A stretch of DNA of 64,000 nucleotides. It comes from an uncultured Pelagibacteraceae bacterium. GTDB lineage: Bacteria; Pseudomonadota; Alphaproteobacteria; Pelagibacterales; Pelagibacteraceae. Below, one piece after another: positions 51,376 through 63,738 of this stretch. The stretch is from the NCBI GenBank assembly GCA_902517175.1, contig CABYBM010000001.1, forward strand, positions 10,536 through 74,535, written 5' to 3'. The notes under the pieces are model-generated. The model saw only the letters and a program-made list of their open reading frames with translations. It was not told the DNA's origin and did not search any database. Positions within the stretch are counted from its first letter, which is position 1, and each line of letters opens with the position of its first letter. A program made the position numbers and the translations under genes.

Positions 51376-52389
51376 ATGGGATCAGTCGTACAGCTCAGAA
51401 ATCAGATAAATAATTCTTATTTTCAATTAAAGGATTCTCTTGAAGATAAGCTTATTTTAACTGAGGAAAAAATTAAAACTAAATTAATTAGTGATGTAGA
51501 GCTAGTTCAAAAAATGACGGACTATCACTTAAAAACTGGTGGTAAAAGGCTGAGAGCATTATTAACTCTAGGAACTGCAAAATTATGTGGCTATACAAAA
51601 GGTTCGAGAGATGTGAACTTGGCTGCATGTGTTGAATTGATACATAGTGCAACTTTAATGCATGATGACGTTATAGATGAAGGTGTTTTTAGGAGAGGAA
51701 AAGCAACTTTAAATAAAGTTTGGAATAATCATTCGTCAGTTTTAGTAGGTGACTATTTGCTAAGTAGATGTTTTGAGATGATGGTTGAAGATGGTAATAT
51801 AGAAATTCTTAAATTATTATCATCTACCTCATCTAAAATAGCTCAAGGAGAAGTTTTGCAGCTTCAACATAAAGGTGAAGTTGATATGTTAGAAGAGACC
51901 TATTTAAAAATTATTTCTGCAAAAACAGCTGAGTTGTTTGCAGCAGCTACAAAAGTTGGTGCAATTTTATCTGATAATAATAAAAAAGAAAAAGATGCAC
52001 TTGAATTTTATGGTAGAAATCTTGGACTTACTTTTCAAATTGCTGATGATACACTTGATTATAATGCTGAACTTAAATTATTTGGAAAGAAAATAGGACA
52101 AGATTTTTTTGAAGGAAAAATTACACTTCCAATAATTTTACTTTATCAAAAATTAGGTGTAGGTGAAAAAAATAACTTAATTAATATTTTTAATAAAGAT
52201 ACTAGAGATAAAGGTGATTTAGATAAAACAATTGCATTAATGAATAAACACAAAATTATTAATGAGTGCTACCAGAAAGCACAACATTATATTAATCTTG
52301 CCTCAAATTCATTGAGTGTTTTTAAGGATACTAAAGAGAAAGAAATTTTAAAAAAACTAACAACATTTAGCTTATCTAGAAATTTTTAA
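51376..52389 (+). CDS. ispB: Polyprenyl (octa/decaprenyl) diphosphate synthase
   Basis: GGKRLR, LMHDDVID, FQIADDTLD, EGKITLP. Confidence 0.92.
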   Translation: MGSVVQLRNQINNSYFQLKDSLEDKLILTEEKIKTKLISDVELVQKMTDYHLKTGGKRLRALLTLGTAKLCGYTKGSRDVNLAACVELIHSATLMHDDVIDEGVFRRGKATLNKVWNNHSSVLVGDYLLSRCFEMMVEDGNIEILKLLSSTSSKIAQGEVLQLQHKGEVDMLEETYLKIISAKTAELFAAATKVGAILSDNNKKEKDALEFYGRNLGLTFQIADDTLDYNAELKLFGKKIGQDFFEGKITLPIILLYQKLGVGEKNNLINIFNKDTRDKGDLDKTIALMNKHKIINECYQKAQHYINLASNSLSVFKDTKEKEILKKLTTFSLSRNF

Positions 52390-53012
52390 GGGCTTAAAAG
52401 AGATCTGGTCCATTGTCCTTTAGAACTTTTTTTATATTTTAATCTTTCATGAATTCTATTATCTCCATCCAGCCAGAATTCAATACTTGAGGGGGATAAG
52501 TTCCATCCTGACCAATAATTTGGTCGTGGAACCTTATTCTTATCTGTATATTTTTTCTTATATTCTTCGATAGAATTATTTAATTGATCTCTATTTTTTA
52601 ATTCTTTGCTTTGTTTAGATGCCCATGCTCCAATCCTGCTATCATAACTCCTTGAATTATAATAATCATCTGCAACTTCATTCGGTACCAATGAAACTGT
52701 GCCACTAACTCTAATTTGTCTTAGTAAACTTTTCCAATGAAAGCACATAGCTACATTTGGATTTTGTTTTAGCTCATGTCCTTTTTGACTATCCAAATTT
52801 GTATAAAATACAAATCCATTTTTATTAAAGTCTTTTAATAAGACCATTCTTACAGATGGAACGTTATTTTTGCTTGATGTTGCTAACGCTGCTGCGTTTG
52901 GGTCGTTTGGCTCAGTTTTTTTTGCCTCTTCCATCCAAGTATCAAATAAATGGATTGGATCATTTAAATCCAGAAAACAACTATTAAGCCCAAGTGAGTT
53001 TTTTTGATTCAT
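52386..53012 (-). CDS. pdxH: Pyridoxamine 5'-phosphate oxidase
   Basis: RMVLLK, FYTN, GAWASKQS, EFW, RIHER. Confidence 0.95.
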   Translation of the reverse strand: MNQKNSLGLNSCFLDLNDPIHLFDTWMEEAKKTEPNDPNAAALATSSKNNVPSVRMVLLKDFNKNGFVFYTNLDSQKGHELKQNPNVAMCFHWKSLLRQIRVSGTVSLVPNEVADDYYNSRSYDSRIGAWASKQSKELKNRDQLNNSIEEYKKKYTDKNKVPRPNYWSGWNLSPSSIEFWLDGDNRIHERLKYKKSSKGQWTRSLLSP

Positions 53013-53045
53013 AATTTAAACAAAATAATCTATATAATATAAATA

Positions 53046-54128
53046 ATGTCATTTAATACATTTGGAAAGCTATTTCGTTTCTCTACCTGGGGTGAATCTC
53101 ATGGTCCTGCTATTGGCTGTATCGTTGATGGATGTCCACCAAATATTAATTTAAGTGAAAAAGATATACAAAAAGAACTGGATAAGAGAAAACCAGGACA
53201 ATCAAAATTTACAACACAAAGAAAAGAGGACGATAAAGTTCAAATATTGTCTGGGGTTTTTGAGGGAAAAACTACTGGCACACCGATATCCTTAATTATT
53301 TATAATAAAGATATGAGATCTAAAGATTATGGAAATATTAAAGATAAATTTAGACCTGGACACGCTGACTTTACATACTTCAAAAAATACGGAATTAGAG
53401 ACTATAGAGGTGGAGGAAGATCATCTGCAAGAGAAACTGCATCAAGAGTTGCAGCTGGTGCAGTAGCTAAGTTGGTCTTACAAAATAAATTAGGTAAAAA
53501 ATTCAAAGTTGTTGGTGGAGTCACACAATTAGGTATATTGGGGTGCGATACTAACAAATGGAATGACAAAATAATTTCAAAAAATCCATTTTTTTGTCCC
53601 GACAAATCGATGATTAAAATTTGGGAAAAATATTTGTTAGGAGTAAGAAAATCTGGATCATCATGTGGTGCAGTGATTGAAATAAGAGCGAGAGGAATTC
53701 CAGTAGGATTGGGCGCACCTATTTACTCAAAACTAGACTCTGATATAGCAGCTAGTTTCATGAGTATTAATGCTGTTAAAGGAGTTAATATTGGTACAGG
53801 AATGAACTCTGCACAACTAAATGGAGAGCAAAACTCAGATGAAATTTCACAAAAAGGTAAAAAAATAAAGTTTAATTCAAATAATGCTGGTGGAATATTG
53901 GGTGGTATTTCAACTGGACAAGAAATTGTTGCTTCATTTGCAGTAAAACCAACATCTTCAATCTTAACAACAAGAAAAACTGTCGATAAATTTGGAAAAA
54001 ATACAACAATATCTGTTACTGGAAGACATGATCCATGTGTTGGAATAAGAGCTGTGCCTGTTGGTGAGGCAATGATGAATTGTGTTTTATTAGATCACTA
54101 TCTAATGAACAAAGCTCAGTGTGATTAG
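53046..54128 (+). CDS. aroC: Chorismate synthase
   Basis: GESHG, RPGHAD, RSSARET, GRHDPC. Confidence 0.97.
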   Translation: MSFNTFGKLFRFSTWGESHGPAIGCIVDGCPPNINLSEKDIQKELDKRKPGQSKFTTQRKEDDKVQILSGVFEGKTTGTPISLIIYNKDMRSKDYGNIKDKFRPGHADFTYFKKYGIRDYRGGGRSSARETASRVAAGAVAKLVLQNKLGKKFKVVGGVTQLGILGCDTNKWNDKIISKNPFFCPDKSMIKIWEKYLLGVRKSGSSCGAVIEIRARGIPVGLGAPIYSKLDSDIAASFMSINAVKGVNIGTGMNSAQLNGEQNSDEISQKGKKIKFNSNNAGGILGGISTGQEIVASFAVKPTSSILTTRKTVDKFGKNTTISVTGRHDPCVGIRAVPVGEAMMNCVLLDHYLMNKAQCD

Positions 54129-54134
54129 AACAAT

Positions 54135-56051
54135 TTAATTTTTTACAACTTTGATAGAATTTTTGTTAAATAAAATATCTAAAATTTTTTTTGAAATTTG
54201 AGAAGCATTTAATCCAGCAATTTCATACATCTTATTGGGGGTATCTTGTTCAATAAACTTGTCTGGTAAATTCATTGATCTAAATTTTAGACCTTTGTCA
54301 AATATTCCTTTCTCAGCAAGTAAGTTTTTTACATGTGAGCCGAAACCTCCAATTGAACCCTCTTCGATAGTAAATAAAATTTTATGCTCTCTAGCACATT
54401 TAATAATTAATTCTTCATCCAAGGGTTTGGCAAACCTTGCATCAATAATAGTAGTTGAAACTCCTTTTTGTTTTAAATGTTCCGCTGCGAGTTTGCATTC
54501 TTCAAGTCTTGTGCCCAAGCTTAAAAGACATACTTGGCTACCATTTTGAATTATTCTTCCTTTTCCAATTTCAATTTTTTCTTCTATTGAAGGAAGTTCA
54601 ACTCCAATACCTACACCTCTTGGATATCTTATTGCACTTGGTCTATCATCAATATCTACTGAAGTATTTATCATTTTAACCAGTTCAGCTTCATCACTTG
54701 CAGCCATTACAATAAAATTTGGTAAAGTTGATAAATAAGTAATATCAAATGAACCAGCGTGTGTTGATCCATCAGCCCCAACTAATCCAGCTCTGTCAAT
54801 TGCAAATCTTACTGGTAAGCTTTGAATAGCTACATCATGAACAACTTGATCGTAAGCTCTTTGTAAAAACGTTGAGTAAATTGCAGCGTAGGGCTTGTAT
54901 CCCTCTGTTGCCATCCCAGCAGCAAATGTTACAGCATGTTGCTCAGCTATACCAACATCAAACATTCTTTTTGGAAACTCTTTGCCAAAAATGTCCATTC
55001 CTGTTCCACCAGGCATTGCTGCTGTTATTCCAACAATTTTACTATCTTTTTTTGCGTGCTTTACAAGAGTATTGGCAAATACTTTTGTATATGAAGGTAA
55101 ATTAGATCCACTTTTATTCTGTTCGCCAGTGTCTACATTAAATTTGGAAACTCCATGATAATGATCTTTAGCTTCTTCTGCATAACTATATCCTTTACCT
55201 TTTTGAGTTTTAATATGTATCATAATTGGACCCTCATGATTTGAGTCCCTTGCATTTTTTAAAATTGGTATAAGAGTTGATAAATCATGTCCGTCAATTG
55301 GTCCCACATAATAAAAACCTAATGAATTAAACATAGTACCACCAGTAAATGCAGATCTTAAGAAATCCTCTGCTTTTCCTGCCTTCGCACTAAACCTCTT
55401 TGAAAATGCAGAAGTAATTAATTTAATAGTCTCTCTAAAACTAAAATATATTTTTCCAGTCAATAATTTTGCAAGATATGTTCTCATCGCTCCAACAGGT
55501 TTTGCGATTGACATATCGTTGTCATTTAAAATAACGATCATTTTTGTTTTTGAAGCACCTGCGTTATTCATTGCCTCATAAGCCATACCAGCACTCATCG
55601 CACCGTCTCCTATTACTGCAATTACATTTGAAGATTTGTTTTCCAATTTATTTGCCTCAGCAATACCTAGTGCAGAAGAAATTGATGTTGAACTATGAGC
55701 AGCGCCAAAAGGATCATATTCACTTTCAGTTCTTTTTGTAAAGCCTGACAATCCATTACCTTGTCTTAATGTTCTAATCTTATCTTTTCTTCCAGTTAAA
55801 ATTTTGTGTGGATATGATTGATGTCCTACATCCCAAATTAATTTATCATTCGGTGTATCAAATACATAATGAAGTGCCACAGTTAGTTCTACAACACCCA
55901 AACCTGCACCTAAATGACCACCTGTTTGAGATACAGCATCTATCATTTCATTTCTAACTTCATTTGCAACTTTTGGTAAATCCTTTTCAGAAATTTTCCT
56001 TAAATCAGATGGGAAATTTATGTCTTTTAAAAATGTGCTTTTGTGTATCAT
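54135..56051 (-). CDS. dxs: 1-deoxy-D-xylulose-5-phosphate synthase
   Basis: GGHLG, WDVGHQ, GDGA...[13 protein letters not shown]. Confidence 0.97.
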   Translation of the reverse strand: MIHKSTFLKDINFPSDLRKISEKDLPKVANEVRNEMIDAVSQTGGHLGAGLGVVELTVALHYVFDTPNDKLIWDVGHQSYPHKILTGRKDKIRTLRQGNGLSGFTKRTESEYDPFGAAHSSTSISSALGIAEANKLENKSSNVIAVIGDGAMSAGMAYEAMNNAGASKTKMIVILNDNDMSIAKPVGAMRTYLAKLLTGKIYFSFRETIKLITSAFSKRFSAKAGKAEDFLRSAFTGGTMFNSLGFYYVGPIDGHDLSTLIPILKNARDSNHEGPIMIHIKTQKGKGYSYAEEAKDHYHGVSKFNVDTGEQNKSGSNLPSYTKVFANTLVKHAKKDSKIVGITAAMPGGTGMDIFGKEFPKRMFDVGIAEQHAVTFAAGMATEGYKPYAAIYSTFLQRAYDQVVHDVAIQSLPVRFAIDRAGLVGADGSTHAGSFDITYLSTLPNFIVMAASDEAELVKMINTSVDIDDRPSAIRYPRGVGIGVELPSIEEKIEIGKGRIIQNGSQVCLLSLGTRLEECKLAAEHLKQKGVSTTIIDARFAKPLDEELIIKCAREHKILFTIEEGSIGGFGSHVKNLLAEKGIFDKGLKFRSMNLPDKFIEQDTPNKMYEIAGLNASQISKKILDILFNKNSIKVVKN

Positions 56052-56920
56052 CTATCTCTGCTTAAAATATATTCCAAAGTTTGTTTTATTTTTTTTGAAT
56101 TAGAACAGTATTTTTGCAATTTTTTGTTAATATTTATAATCAAACTATTACAATATTTAACTGCATTATTATAACCAAGTAAACCAATAAGTGTTGCTTT
56201 ACCTTTTTTTTGATCTTTTCCTGTTTTTTTACCAGCTATTTTTGAATTTCCCTTATGGTCAATTAGGTCGTCAGAAATTTGAAATAATAAGCCTATATCA
56301 GATCCAATATTTTCAAAAAACCTAATCTCTAAATTTTTTTTATTTTTTATTATTGCTGGGGCTGCACAACAAAAACTAAATAACATTCCTGTTTTTTTAA
56401 TTTCCATATCAATGATCTTATTCCTTGATACTTTTTTTTTCTCATAATCTAAATCTAGGTATTGACCACCCGCTATACCAAGATGTCCTGAGCATTCAGA
56501 TAATTTTTTTATTAAGTTAACTTTAGTCTTATCAGATAAATCTAAATTTTTGTTTGATAAAATTTCAAATGCCATTATCAAAAGTGAATTACCAGCCAGC
56601 ACCGCTGTAGACTCTCCGTATTTTATGTGTGTTGATGCTTTTCCCCGCCTAATTTTATCATTATCCATACAAGGTAAATCATCATGAATAAGAGAATAAG
56701 CGTGAATACATTCTACTGCTGCACCAATCTGTATTAAAGTTTTGTATCTAATTGAAAATAACGAACCAAAGTCTATTAGTATTTTTGATCTAATTTTCTT
56801 TCCTCCAGGAAATAAACCATATTTCATTGCATTGATAAGATGAGAACTATTCTGATTATTAATAAATTTTTTTAAAAAATAATTTGTATCTTTTGCAATT
56901 TTATTAATTTCATTTTTCAT
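56048..56920 (-). CDS. ispA: Farnesyl diphosphate synthase
   Basis: [28 protein letters not shown]. Confidence 0.93.
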   Translation of the reverse strand: MKNEINKIAKDTNYFLKKFINNQNSSHLINAMKYGLFPGGKKIRSKILIDFGSLFSIRYKTLIQIGAAVECIHAYSLIHDDLPCMDNDKIRRGKASTHIKYGESTAVLAGNSLLIMAFEILSNKNLDLSDKTKVNLIKKLSECSGHLGIAGGQYLDLDYEKKKVSRNKIIDMEIKKTGMLFSFCCAAPAIIKNKKNLEIRFFENIGSDIGLLFQISDDLIDHKGNSKIAGKKTGKDQKKGKATLIGLLGYNNAVKYCNSLIININKKLQKYCSNSKKIKQTLEYILSRDR

Positions 56921-57152
56921 TTTTTTTTACAATTTCATTGATTTTATTATTTGTAGTTTCACTTATGGATTTGAGATTTTTTTGAAATTTTTTTTCAATA
57001 AGATTATTTAATTTTAATAACTCTTGGTAACTATCAATAGAATTATTTAAATTTTTTTCATTCTCTAATGACTCAATTATGCTATTTGCTTTTTCAGTCA
57101 GTTCCTCTAAAGAGCTGTGCTGATAATCAAGTGGTAAATTTTTTTCTTTCAT
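56910..57152 (-). CDS. xseB: Exodeoxyribonuclease VII small subunit (divergent)
   Basis: 80 aa helical protein in the conserved xseB-ispA-dxs order; SLEE...IIESLE pattern. Confidence 0.7.
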   Translation of the reverse strand: MKEKNLPLDYQHSSLEELTEKANSIIESLENEKNLNNSIDSYQELLKLNNLIEKKFQKNLKSISETTNNKINEIVKKNEK

Positions 57153-57169
57153 ATATTAATAATTATTAC

Positions 57170-58102
57170 ATGAAATCTAATCAATCAAATATCAAAAAAG
57201 CAAAAAAATATTTAGACAGCAACGAATGTATAGCAGTACCAACAGAAACAGTTTATGGATTAGCTGGTAATGCTTATTCAAATTCCTCGGTAAAAAAAAT
57301 ATTCAAATTAAAGAAAAGACCTGCTAACAACCCTTTAATTGTTCACTACTATAATCTTAAAGCTCTAGAAAACGATTGTATAATTAACCAAGATTTTAAA
57401 AAACTTTATAATAAATTTTCACCTGGTCCAATTACATATGTTTTAAAATTAAAGAAAAATTCAAAAATATCAAAATTTGTAACCAATAATAAAAATACAG
57501 TTGCTATTAGATTTCCCAAGCATCCATTGCTGCGAAGATTGCTTAAAGTTTTAAGTTATCCTTTAGCCGCACCAAGTGCAAATATTTCCTCAAAACTGAG
57601 CTCCGTGCAGCCGTCAGATGTAAAAGAGGAATTTGGAAAAAAATTAAAGTTTATACTTAAAGGAGGGAGGTGTACAATCGGAGTAGAGTCTACAATTATT
57701 AACCTTGCAGATAATGTGTCGATATTAAGACTTGGTGGTTTAAGTGTTTCAAAAATTAAAAAAATAATAAAAAAACAAATATTAATTAAGAATCAATCCA
57801 AAAATAAGATTTCACCAGGTTTGTTTTCTCTTCATTATTCACCCGGAATACCTTTAAGGATGAATGTAATAAAACCAAATAAAGGAGAAGCATTTGTATT
57901 AATAAAAAAAAGAAAAATAAATTCTAAAAATTATTTCTTTCTTAGTAAAAATAATAATTTAATCAAAGCAGCAAGAAATTTATATCCTCTAATAAGAAAA
58001 ATTAAAAATAAAGGATACAAAAAAATTGCTGTTGAAAAAATTCCTAATATTGGGATAGGACAAACAATTAATGATCGGCTAGAGAGAGCGTCAAAATATT
58101 AA
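57170..58102 (+). CDS. tsaC: L-threonylcarbamoyladenylate synthase (Sua5 type; start corrected to MKSNQS)
   Basis: PTETVYGL, KKRPANNPLIVH, AAPSAN, ESTI, SPG...HYSP, INDRL. Confidence 0.93.
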   Translation: MKSNQSNIKKAKKYLDSNECIAVPTETVYGLAGNAYSNSSVKKIFKLKKRPANNPLIVHYYNLKALENDCIINQDFKKLYNKFSPGPITYVLKLKKNSKISKFVTNNKNTVAIRFPKHPLLRRLLKVLSYPLAAPSANISSKLSSVQPSDVKEEFGKKLKFILKGGRCTIGVESTIINLADNVSILRLGGLSVSKIKKIIKKQILIKNQSKNKISPGLFSLHYSPGIPLRMNVIKPNKGEAFVLIKKRKINSKNYFFLSKNNNLIKAARNLYPLIRKIKNKGYKKIAVEKIPNIGIGQTINDRLERASKY

Positions 58103-58831
58103 ATGACAAATTCAATTGAAGTAATAAATCTCTCTAAAAAATATAAATTAAAAAATGCTGTTAGTAATATAAATTTTGAAATTGGTGAAAATGAAATTGT
58201 TGGCTTATTGGGTCCTAATGGATGTGGAAAGACAACCACCATTGGAATGATATTAGGATTATTAAAACCAACCAAAGGTGAAGTTTTAATTAATGGAAAA
58301 AATATCGAGACAAATAAAATATCCCTTCTACATAAAATGAATTTTATATCCCCTTATATAGAGCTTCCTAAAAAATTGAAAGTTAAACAAAATTTAATTG
58401 TCTATGGAAAATTATATAACGTTGACAATTTAGAAAATCGAATTGATTATCTTTCAGATAAACTTAGACTATCTGATCTTCTAGATAAAATAACAGGTGA
58501 ACTTTCATCAGGACAAAAAAATAAAGTCAGTTTGGCAAAAGCATTAATAAATGATCCTACAGTACTACTACTAGATGAGCCAACAGCTTCATTGGATCCT
58601 GAAACAGGAGATTTTGTTAGAACATTTTTAGAAAATTATAAAAAAGAAAAAAAAATTTCAGTCTTACTTGCTTCACATAATATGGATGAAGTTAAAAGGT
58701 TGTGTGGTTCTATTTTAATGATGAAAGATGGAATTATTGTAGATAGAGGAACGCCTGATGATTTAATATTGAAACATGGTAGAAAAAATTTAGAAGAGGT
58801 GTTTTTGGAAATAGCGAGAAATAAAAGATGA
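58103..58831 (+). CDS. ABC exporter ATP-binding protein (NodI/DrrA-like)
   Basis: GPNGCGKT, LSSGQ, LDEPT, SHNM. Confidence 0.88.
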   Translation: MTNSIEVINLSKKYKLKNAVSNINFEIGENEIVGLLGPNGCGKTTTIGMILGLLKPTKGEVLINGKNIETNKISLLHKMNFISPYIELPKKLKVKQNLIVYGKLYNVDNLENRIDYLSDKLRLSDLLDKITGELSSGQKNKVSLAKALINDPTVLLLDEPTASLDPETGDFVRTFLENYKKEKKISVLLASHNMDEVKRLCGSILMMKDGIIVDRGTPDDLILKHGRKNLEEVFLEIARNKR

Positions 58832-59619
58832 ATTTTACAAGAATTTATGGACTTTTTTTAAGACATTTCTACTTAATCACTAGATCTTTTCCAAGAATAC
58901 TTGACTTGATTTATTGGCCATCAATTCAAATAACTTTATGGGGATTTATTTCAAATTTTTTTGCGGAACACAGTACTTACTATAGTGGTGCCGTAGGTGT
59001 AATTTTATCATGTGCAATTCTCTACGATTTTTTATTTAGAACAAGTATTGGTTTCAACATGTTATTTTTAGAGGAAATATGGAGTAGGAATTTCACTAAC
59101 CTTTTTATTGCTCCTATGAAAATTAGTGAAATTATTATTTCTTTAGTCGTTACTGCTTTAATAAGAGCTTTGATAGGACTGGTCCCAGCTATATTGCTGA
59201 CCTCTCCTCTGTTTGGAATTTCTTTATTGGAATTAGGTATGCCTTTAGCTTTTCTTTTTTTAAGTTTATATATTTTTGGTATTACTCTTGGCTTATTTGT
59301 CTCTGCTGGATTACTTAGATTTGGACCCTCATTTGAAAATATAGCATGGTCTACAATGTTTTTGTTAGCCCCGTTTGGTTGCATTTATTATCCTGTTGAA
59401 ATTTTGCCAGGAATCTTTCAATCTATTGCTTATGCTCTACCACTTGTTTACATATTTGAAGAGACAAGAAATATTTTAGTAAACGGTCAGGTAAATTATG
59501 AAAATATTTTTAATGCCCTTTATCTTAATATTTTTTATATTATTCTTGCAATATCAATTTTTTATTACTCATTTGATAAAGCTCGAGATAAAGGAACTTT
59601 GATAAATATAGGTGAGTAA
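58828..59619 (+). CDS. ABC-2 type exporter permease
   Basis: YWP, EEIWSRNF, YYPV; about 6 TM; coupled to the ATPase. Confidence 0.85.
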   Translation: MNFTRIYGLFLRHFYLITRSFPRILDLIYWPSIQITLWGFISNFFAEHSTYYSGAVGVILSCAILYDFLFRTSIGFNMLFLEEIWSRNFTNLFIAPMKISEIIISLVVTALIRALIGLVPAILLTSPLFGISLLELGMPLAFLFLSLYIFGITLGLFVSAGLLRFGPSFENIAWSTMFLLAPFGCIYYPVEILPGIFQSIAYALPLVYIFEETRNILVNGQVNYENIFNALYLNIFYIILAISIFYYSFDKARDKGTLINIGE

Positions 59620-59620
59620 T

Positions 59621-59697
59621 TGGTGCGCCTGCTAGGAGTCGAACCCAGAACCTCCTGATCCGAAGTCAGGCGCTCTATCCAGTTGAGCTACAAGCGC
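59621..59697 (-). tRNA. tRNA-Arg (anticodon UCG)
   Basis: GCGCTTGTAGCTCAACTGGATAGAGCGCCTGAC-T-TCG-GA-TCAGGAGGTTCTGGGTTCGACTCCTAGCAGGCGCACCA; cloverleaf with encoded CCA. Confidence 0.95.
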
Positions 59698-59720
59698 ATA
59701 TAGTATTAATATTATATTTT

Positions 59721-60701
59721 ATGGAAAAAAACATTAATTTTATTGTTCAACAGGAGGAAAATAATTCAAGAGTTGATATTTTGATCAACCAAAGAGAAAG
59801 GTTAATTAGTAGAACTAGAATCAAAAACTTAATATTAAAAGATAAACTCAAATTAAACAATATCATCATAAATAATCCCTCTAAAAAAGTTAATACTGGA
59901 GATCAGGTTGTTCTAGAAATCCCAAAACCAAAGTCAGCATCATTAAAACCATTTGATTACAAATTAGATATTATACATGAGGATGACGACTTAATGGTGA
60001 TCAACAAGCCAGCCGGTATAATTATGCACCCTGGAGCAGGCAACTATGATCAAACAATAGTTAATGCTTTAATTCATTATGATAAAGACTCCTTATCTAA
60101 TATCGGTGATGAATTAAGACCAGGAATTGTTCATCGAATTGACAAAAATACCTCGGGATTAGTAGTAATTGCTAAAAACAATCAAGCCCATGAAAATTTA
60201 TCAAAACAATTTAGTGAACATACTATTTTAAGAGAGTACCAGCTGTTAATATGGGGGAAATTAAGACCATCAAAAGGGCAAATAGTTACTTTCCTAACGC
60301 GTAGTTCAAGAAATCGGCAGCTAATGGAAGTTAGTCGATCTAGGGGAAAGAAAGCAATTACCAATTATAAAACTATTGAAATTTTTGAAAATGAAAAGAC
60401 ACCAACATTAAGTTTAGTAGAATGCAAACTAGAAACAGGTCGTACGCATCAAATTAGGGTCCATATGAATTATAGGGGAAACAGTATAGTCGGTGATGAT
60501 AAATATAAAAAAAAATATAAAAAACTAAAAAATATAGATTTAAAAATTGAAAATTTGATATCTGATTTACCTAGACAATTTTTACATGCTAAAACTATTG
60601 GTTTCATACATCCAAAAAATAATAAAAAAATGCATTTTTCCTCAAATTTGCCACATGAGCTAAATATTATTCTAGAAATGCTGAGAAACACTAATAAATA
60701 A
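59721..60701 (+). CDS. rluD: 23S rRNA pseudouridine synthase RluD
   Basis: S4 domain, NKPAG, VHRIDKNTSG, TGRTHQIRVH. Confidence 0.93.
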   Translation: MEKNINFIVQQEENNSRVDILINQRERLISRTRIKNLILKDKLKLNNIIINNPSKKVNTGDQVVLEIPKPKSASLKPFDYKLDIIHEDDDLMVINKPAGIIMHPGAGNYDQTIVNALIHYDKDSLSNIGDELRPGIVHRIDKNTSGLVVIAKNNQAHENLSKQFSEHTILREYQLLIWGKLRPSKGQIVTFLTRSSRNRQLMEVSRSRGKKAITNYKTIEIFENEKTPTLSLVECKLETGRTHQIRVHMNYRGNSIVGDDKYKKKYKKLKNIDLKIENLISDLPRQFLHAKTIGFIHPKNNKKMHFSSNLPHELNIILEMLRNTNK

Positions 60702-60742
60702 ATCATTGAAAATTATTTTAAATTAACTAAATAAATTCTTCT

Positions 60743-61636
60743 ATGAATACTACAGTAAGTAATAATTTACCCTCCTTATCTAATGAAGGAGGTTTGTCAG
60801 CATATCTGGATCAAATTAAAAAATTTCCAATGCTCGCTGCTGAGGAAGAATATATGCTAGCAAAAAACTGGAAGACTACAGGTAACATTAAGTCTGCTGA
60901 AAAATTAGTTACGAGCCATCTTAGATTAGTTGCTAAAATTGCAATGGGATATAAAGGCTATGGTTTACCAGTAAATGAAATGATTTCTGAAGGTAATGTG
61001 GGATTGATGCAAGCTGTTAAAAAATTTGAACCTGAAAAAGGTTTTAGGTTAGCAACATATGCTATGTGGTGGATCAAGGCTTCAATTCAAGAATATATTT
61101 TAAGATCTTGGAGCTTGGTAAAAATTGGAACTACAACTGCCCAAAAAAAATTATTTTTTAATTTAAAAAAAATTAAAAATCAAATTGCCCCTCAACAAGA
61201 GGGAGATTTGAGAGATGAACATGTCGACCATATTGCTAACAAGCTTGCTGTAAGTAAAGAAGAGGTTGTTTCAATGAATAGAAGATTGTCAGGTAAAGAA
61301 TTTTCTCTAAATGCCCAAGTTGGTGAAGATGGAGATGAATGGCAAGACTGGTTGGTTGATAAAGAATTAGACCATGACCTGAAGTTTGCTCACCATGAAG
61401 AAATGGAGCAGAGAAAAGATTTATTAAAAGACTCTATTAAAGTCCTTAATGACAGAGAAAGAGAAATTTTATATTCGAGAAGATTGAATGATAATCCAAC
61501 AACACTAGAAGATTTAAGTCAGAAATATAAAATTAGCAGAGAAAGAGTAAGACAAATTGAAAATAAAGCTTTCGAAAAACTTCAAAAGCATATGCTCATT
61601 TTAGCAAAATCTAAAAATTTATTGCCAGCTAACTAA
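60743..61636 (+). CDS. rpoH: Heat-shock sigma factor sigma32
   Basis: [10 protein letters not shown]; RpoH box QKKLFFNL; ERVRQIE. Confidence 0.96.
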   Translation: MNTTVSNNLPSLSNEGGLSAYLDQIKKFPMLAAEEEYMLAKNWKTTGNIKSAEKLVTSHLRLVAKIAMGYKGYGLPVNEMISEGNVGLMQAVKKFEPEKGFRLATYAMWWIKASIQEYILRSWSLVKIGTTTAQKKLFFNLKKIKNQIAPQQEGDLRDEHVDHIANKLAVSKEEVVSMNRRLSGKEFSLNAQVGEDGDEWQDWLVDKELDHDLKFAHHEEMEQRKDLLKDSIKVLNDREREILYSRRLNDNPTTLEDLSQKYKISRERVRQIENKAFEKLQKHMLILAKSKNLLPAN

Positions 61637-62925
61637 ATATCAAAAGGGTTTTCAACTAATATTGTATCTTCTCTCTCTGGACTAGTTGATATACTTGAAA
61701 TTTTTGCACCTATAAAATCCTCAATTGCAAAAATATATTTTTTGGCATTTACTGGTAAAGCATTCATATTTTTTATTCCACTAGTTGAAGCTTTCCATCC
61801 TGGGAAAGTTTTGAATATCGGTTTTATTTTTAATTGATCCTCAACAGCTGCTGGTAAATAATCAATTTTTTTTCCATCTAACTCGTAATGTATACACATT
61901 TTAATTTCATCCAATTCATCTAATACGTCCAATTTAGTAAGAGCAATTCCATCAATACCAGAAATTTTAATAGTTTGTCTGACCAGAACACCGTCAAACC
62001 AACCACATCTTCTTTTTCTACTAGTAACAGTTCCAAATTCCTTTCCACGAGTACCCAATAATTCTCCTATATCATCTTTTAACTCAGTTGGAAAAGGTCC
62101 TTCTCCTACACGAGTAGTGTATGCTTTGGTTATTCCTAGAACATAATTAATTGAATTTGGTCCACAACCTGTTCCTGTTGCAGCACTTGAGGCTACAGTA
62201 TTAGACGAGGTGACATAAGGGTAAGTGCCATGATCTACATCTAATAAAATTCCTTGAGCCCCTTCAAATAAAATTTTCTTTTTTTGTTTTTTAAATTGAT
62301 CAATTTTAAGCCATACAGGTTGTGAAAATTTTAATATTTTTGGTGCAATTTTTAATAATTCTTCTTTTAATTGTTCTTTTTGAAAAATTTTTTTTCCTAA
62401 ACCTTTCCTAATAGCATTGTGGTGTATCAAAACTGATTCTAACCTATGATCTAAATTTTTTTCAGATCTTAAATCCATTACTCTTATAGATCTTCTACCG
62501 ACTTTGTCTTCGTAAGCAGGTCCAATTCCTCGTCTTGTAGTGCCAATTTTTCCTTTTCCAGCTGCATCTTCTCTTATTTCATCCATTTCTCTATGAAATG
62601 GTAAAATTAAATTTGCAGATTCTGAAATAATAAAATTATCAACGTTAACATCTACTCCCTTTAATTTTATTTCTTCTACTTCGTCTAGTAGTGCCCAGGG
62701 ATCAACCACTACTCCATTACCAATGATTGAAATCTTATTTTTCCTTACTATTCCTGAGGGTAATAATCTTAATTTATAAGTTACACCATCAATAACAAGT
62801 GTATGTCCTGCATTGTGCCCTCCTTGGAATCTTATTACAACATCTGCTTGTTCAGATAGCCAATCAACTATCTTCCCCTTTCCTTCATCTCCCCATTGCG
62901 ATCCAACAACTACTATATTTTTCAT
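61633..62925 (-). CDS. purA: Adenylosuccinate synthetase
   Basis: [33 protein letters not shown]. Confidence 0.97.
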   Translation of the reverse strand: MKNIVVVGSQWGDEGKGKIVDWLSEQADVVIRFQGGHNAGHTLVIDGVTYKLRLLPSGIVRKNKISIIGNGVVVDPWALLDEVEEIKLKGVDVNVDNFIISESANLILPFHREMDEIREDAAGKGKIGTTRRGIGPAYEDKVGRRSIRVMDLRSEKNLDHRLESVLIHHNAIRKGLGKKIFQKEQLKEELLKIAPKILKFSQPVWLKIDQFKKQKKKILFEGAQGILLDVDHGTYPYVTSSNTVASSAATGTGCGPNSINYVLGITKAYTTRVGEGPFPTELKDDIGELLGTRGKEFGTVTSRKRRCGWFDGVLVRQTIKISGIDGIALTKLDVLDELDEIKMCIHYELDGKKIDYLPAAVEDQLKIKPIFKTFPGWKASTSGIKNMNALPVNAKKYIFAIEDFIGAKISSISTSPEREDTILVENPFDI

Positions 62926-63737
62926 TATTTAAATTTATTAACTATACTCATAGAATTAAGATGATTTATAGGACCATGACCCTTGCCATAATTAGGATTA
63001 GATTTAATAGCTAAACTTACATACTTAATTCCAAGCTCACAAGATTTCTTTAGCGGTTTTCCACATGATAAAAATGTTGTTACAGCACTGGATAATGTAC
63101 AACCAGTTCCATGGGTATTTTTTGTTTTAACTCTTTTGCTATTAAAAATTTTGATATCTTTATTGTTTACATAAATATCATGAACAAATTCTCCTTTTAA
63201 ATGACCACCTTTAATAAGAACATTTTTTGCCCCTAGCTCAATTAACTTTTGTGCAACAAAAATCATATCCTCTTTTGTTTTTATTTTAGTATTAGTTAAA
63301 ATTTCTGCCTCAGGAATATTTGGAGTTATTATTAATACTTTCTTTATCAAGGTAGATTTAATTAAATTTATTGCCTTATTATCAATTAATTTTGTACCTC
63401 CCTTCGCAACCATGACTGGATCTAAAACAATATTTCTAACTTTAATTTGATCTAACGACTTAATGACTGATCTGATTACCTTTACTGAATGCAACATTCC
63501 AATCTTTACAGCATCTGGCCTAATATCATTTGAGGAAAATGTAATTTGGTTATAAATTTCCTTTGAATTAATTGGAACAATTGATTTAACACCAGTTGTA
63601 TTTTGAACTGTTACAGCTGTAATTGCTGTCATCGCATATGAACCTAATGCTGTAACAGTTTTTATATCTGCTTGTATTCCTGCACCACCAGAAGAGTCAG
63701 ATCCAGCAATAATTAGTACTTTTGATTTTATCTTCAA
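62925..63737 (-). CDS. thiD: HMP/HMP-P kinase (TTG start)
   Basis: [32 protein letters not shown]. Confidence 0.95.
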   Translation of the reverse strand: MKIKSKVLIIAGSDSSGGAGIQADIKTVTALGSYAMTAITAVTVQNTTGVKSIVPINSKEIYNQITFSSNDIRPDAVKIGMLHSVKVIRSVIKSLDQIKVRNIVLDPVMVAKGGTKLIDNKAINLIKSTLIKKVLIITPNIPEAEILTNTKIKTKEDMIFVAQKLIELGAKNVLIKGGHLKGEFVHDIYVNNKDIKIFNSKRVKTKNTHGTGCTLSSAVTTFLSCGKPLKKSCELGIKYVSLAIKSNPNYGKGHGPINHLNSMSIVNKFK

Positions 63738-63738
63738 T

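Noticed and set aside
57068-57169. N-terminal extension of tsaC in the ORF track
   Set aside because: It overlaps xseB antisense; Sua5 similarity starts near ATG 57170
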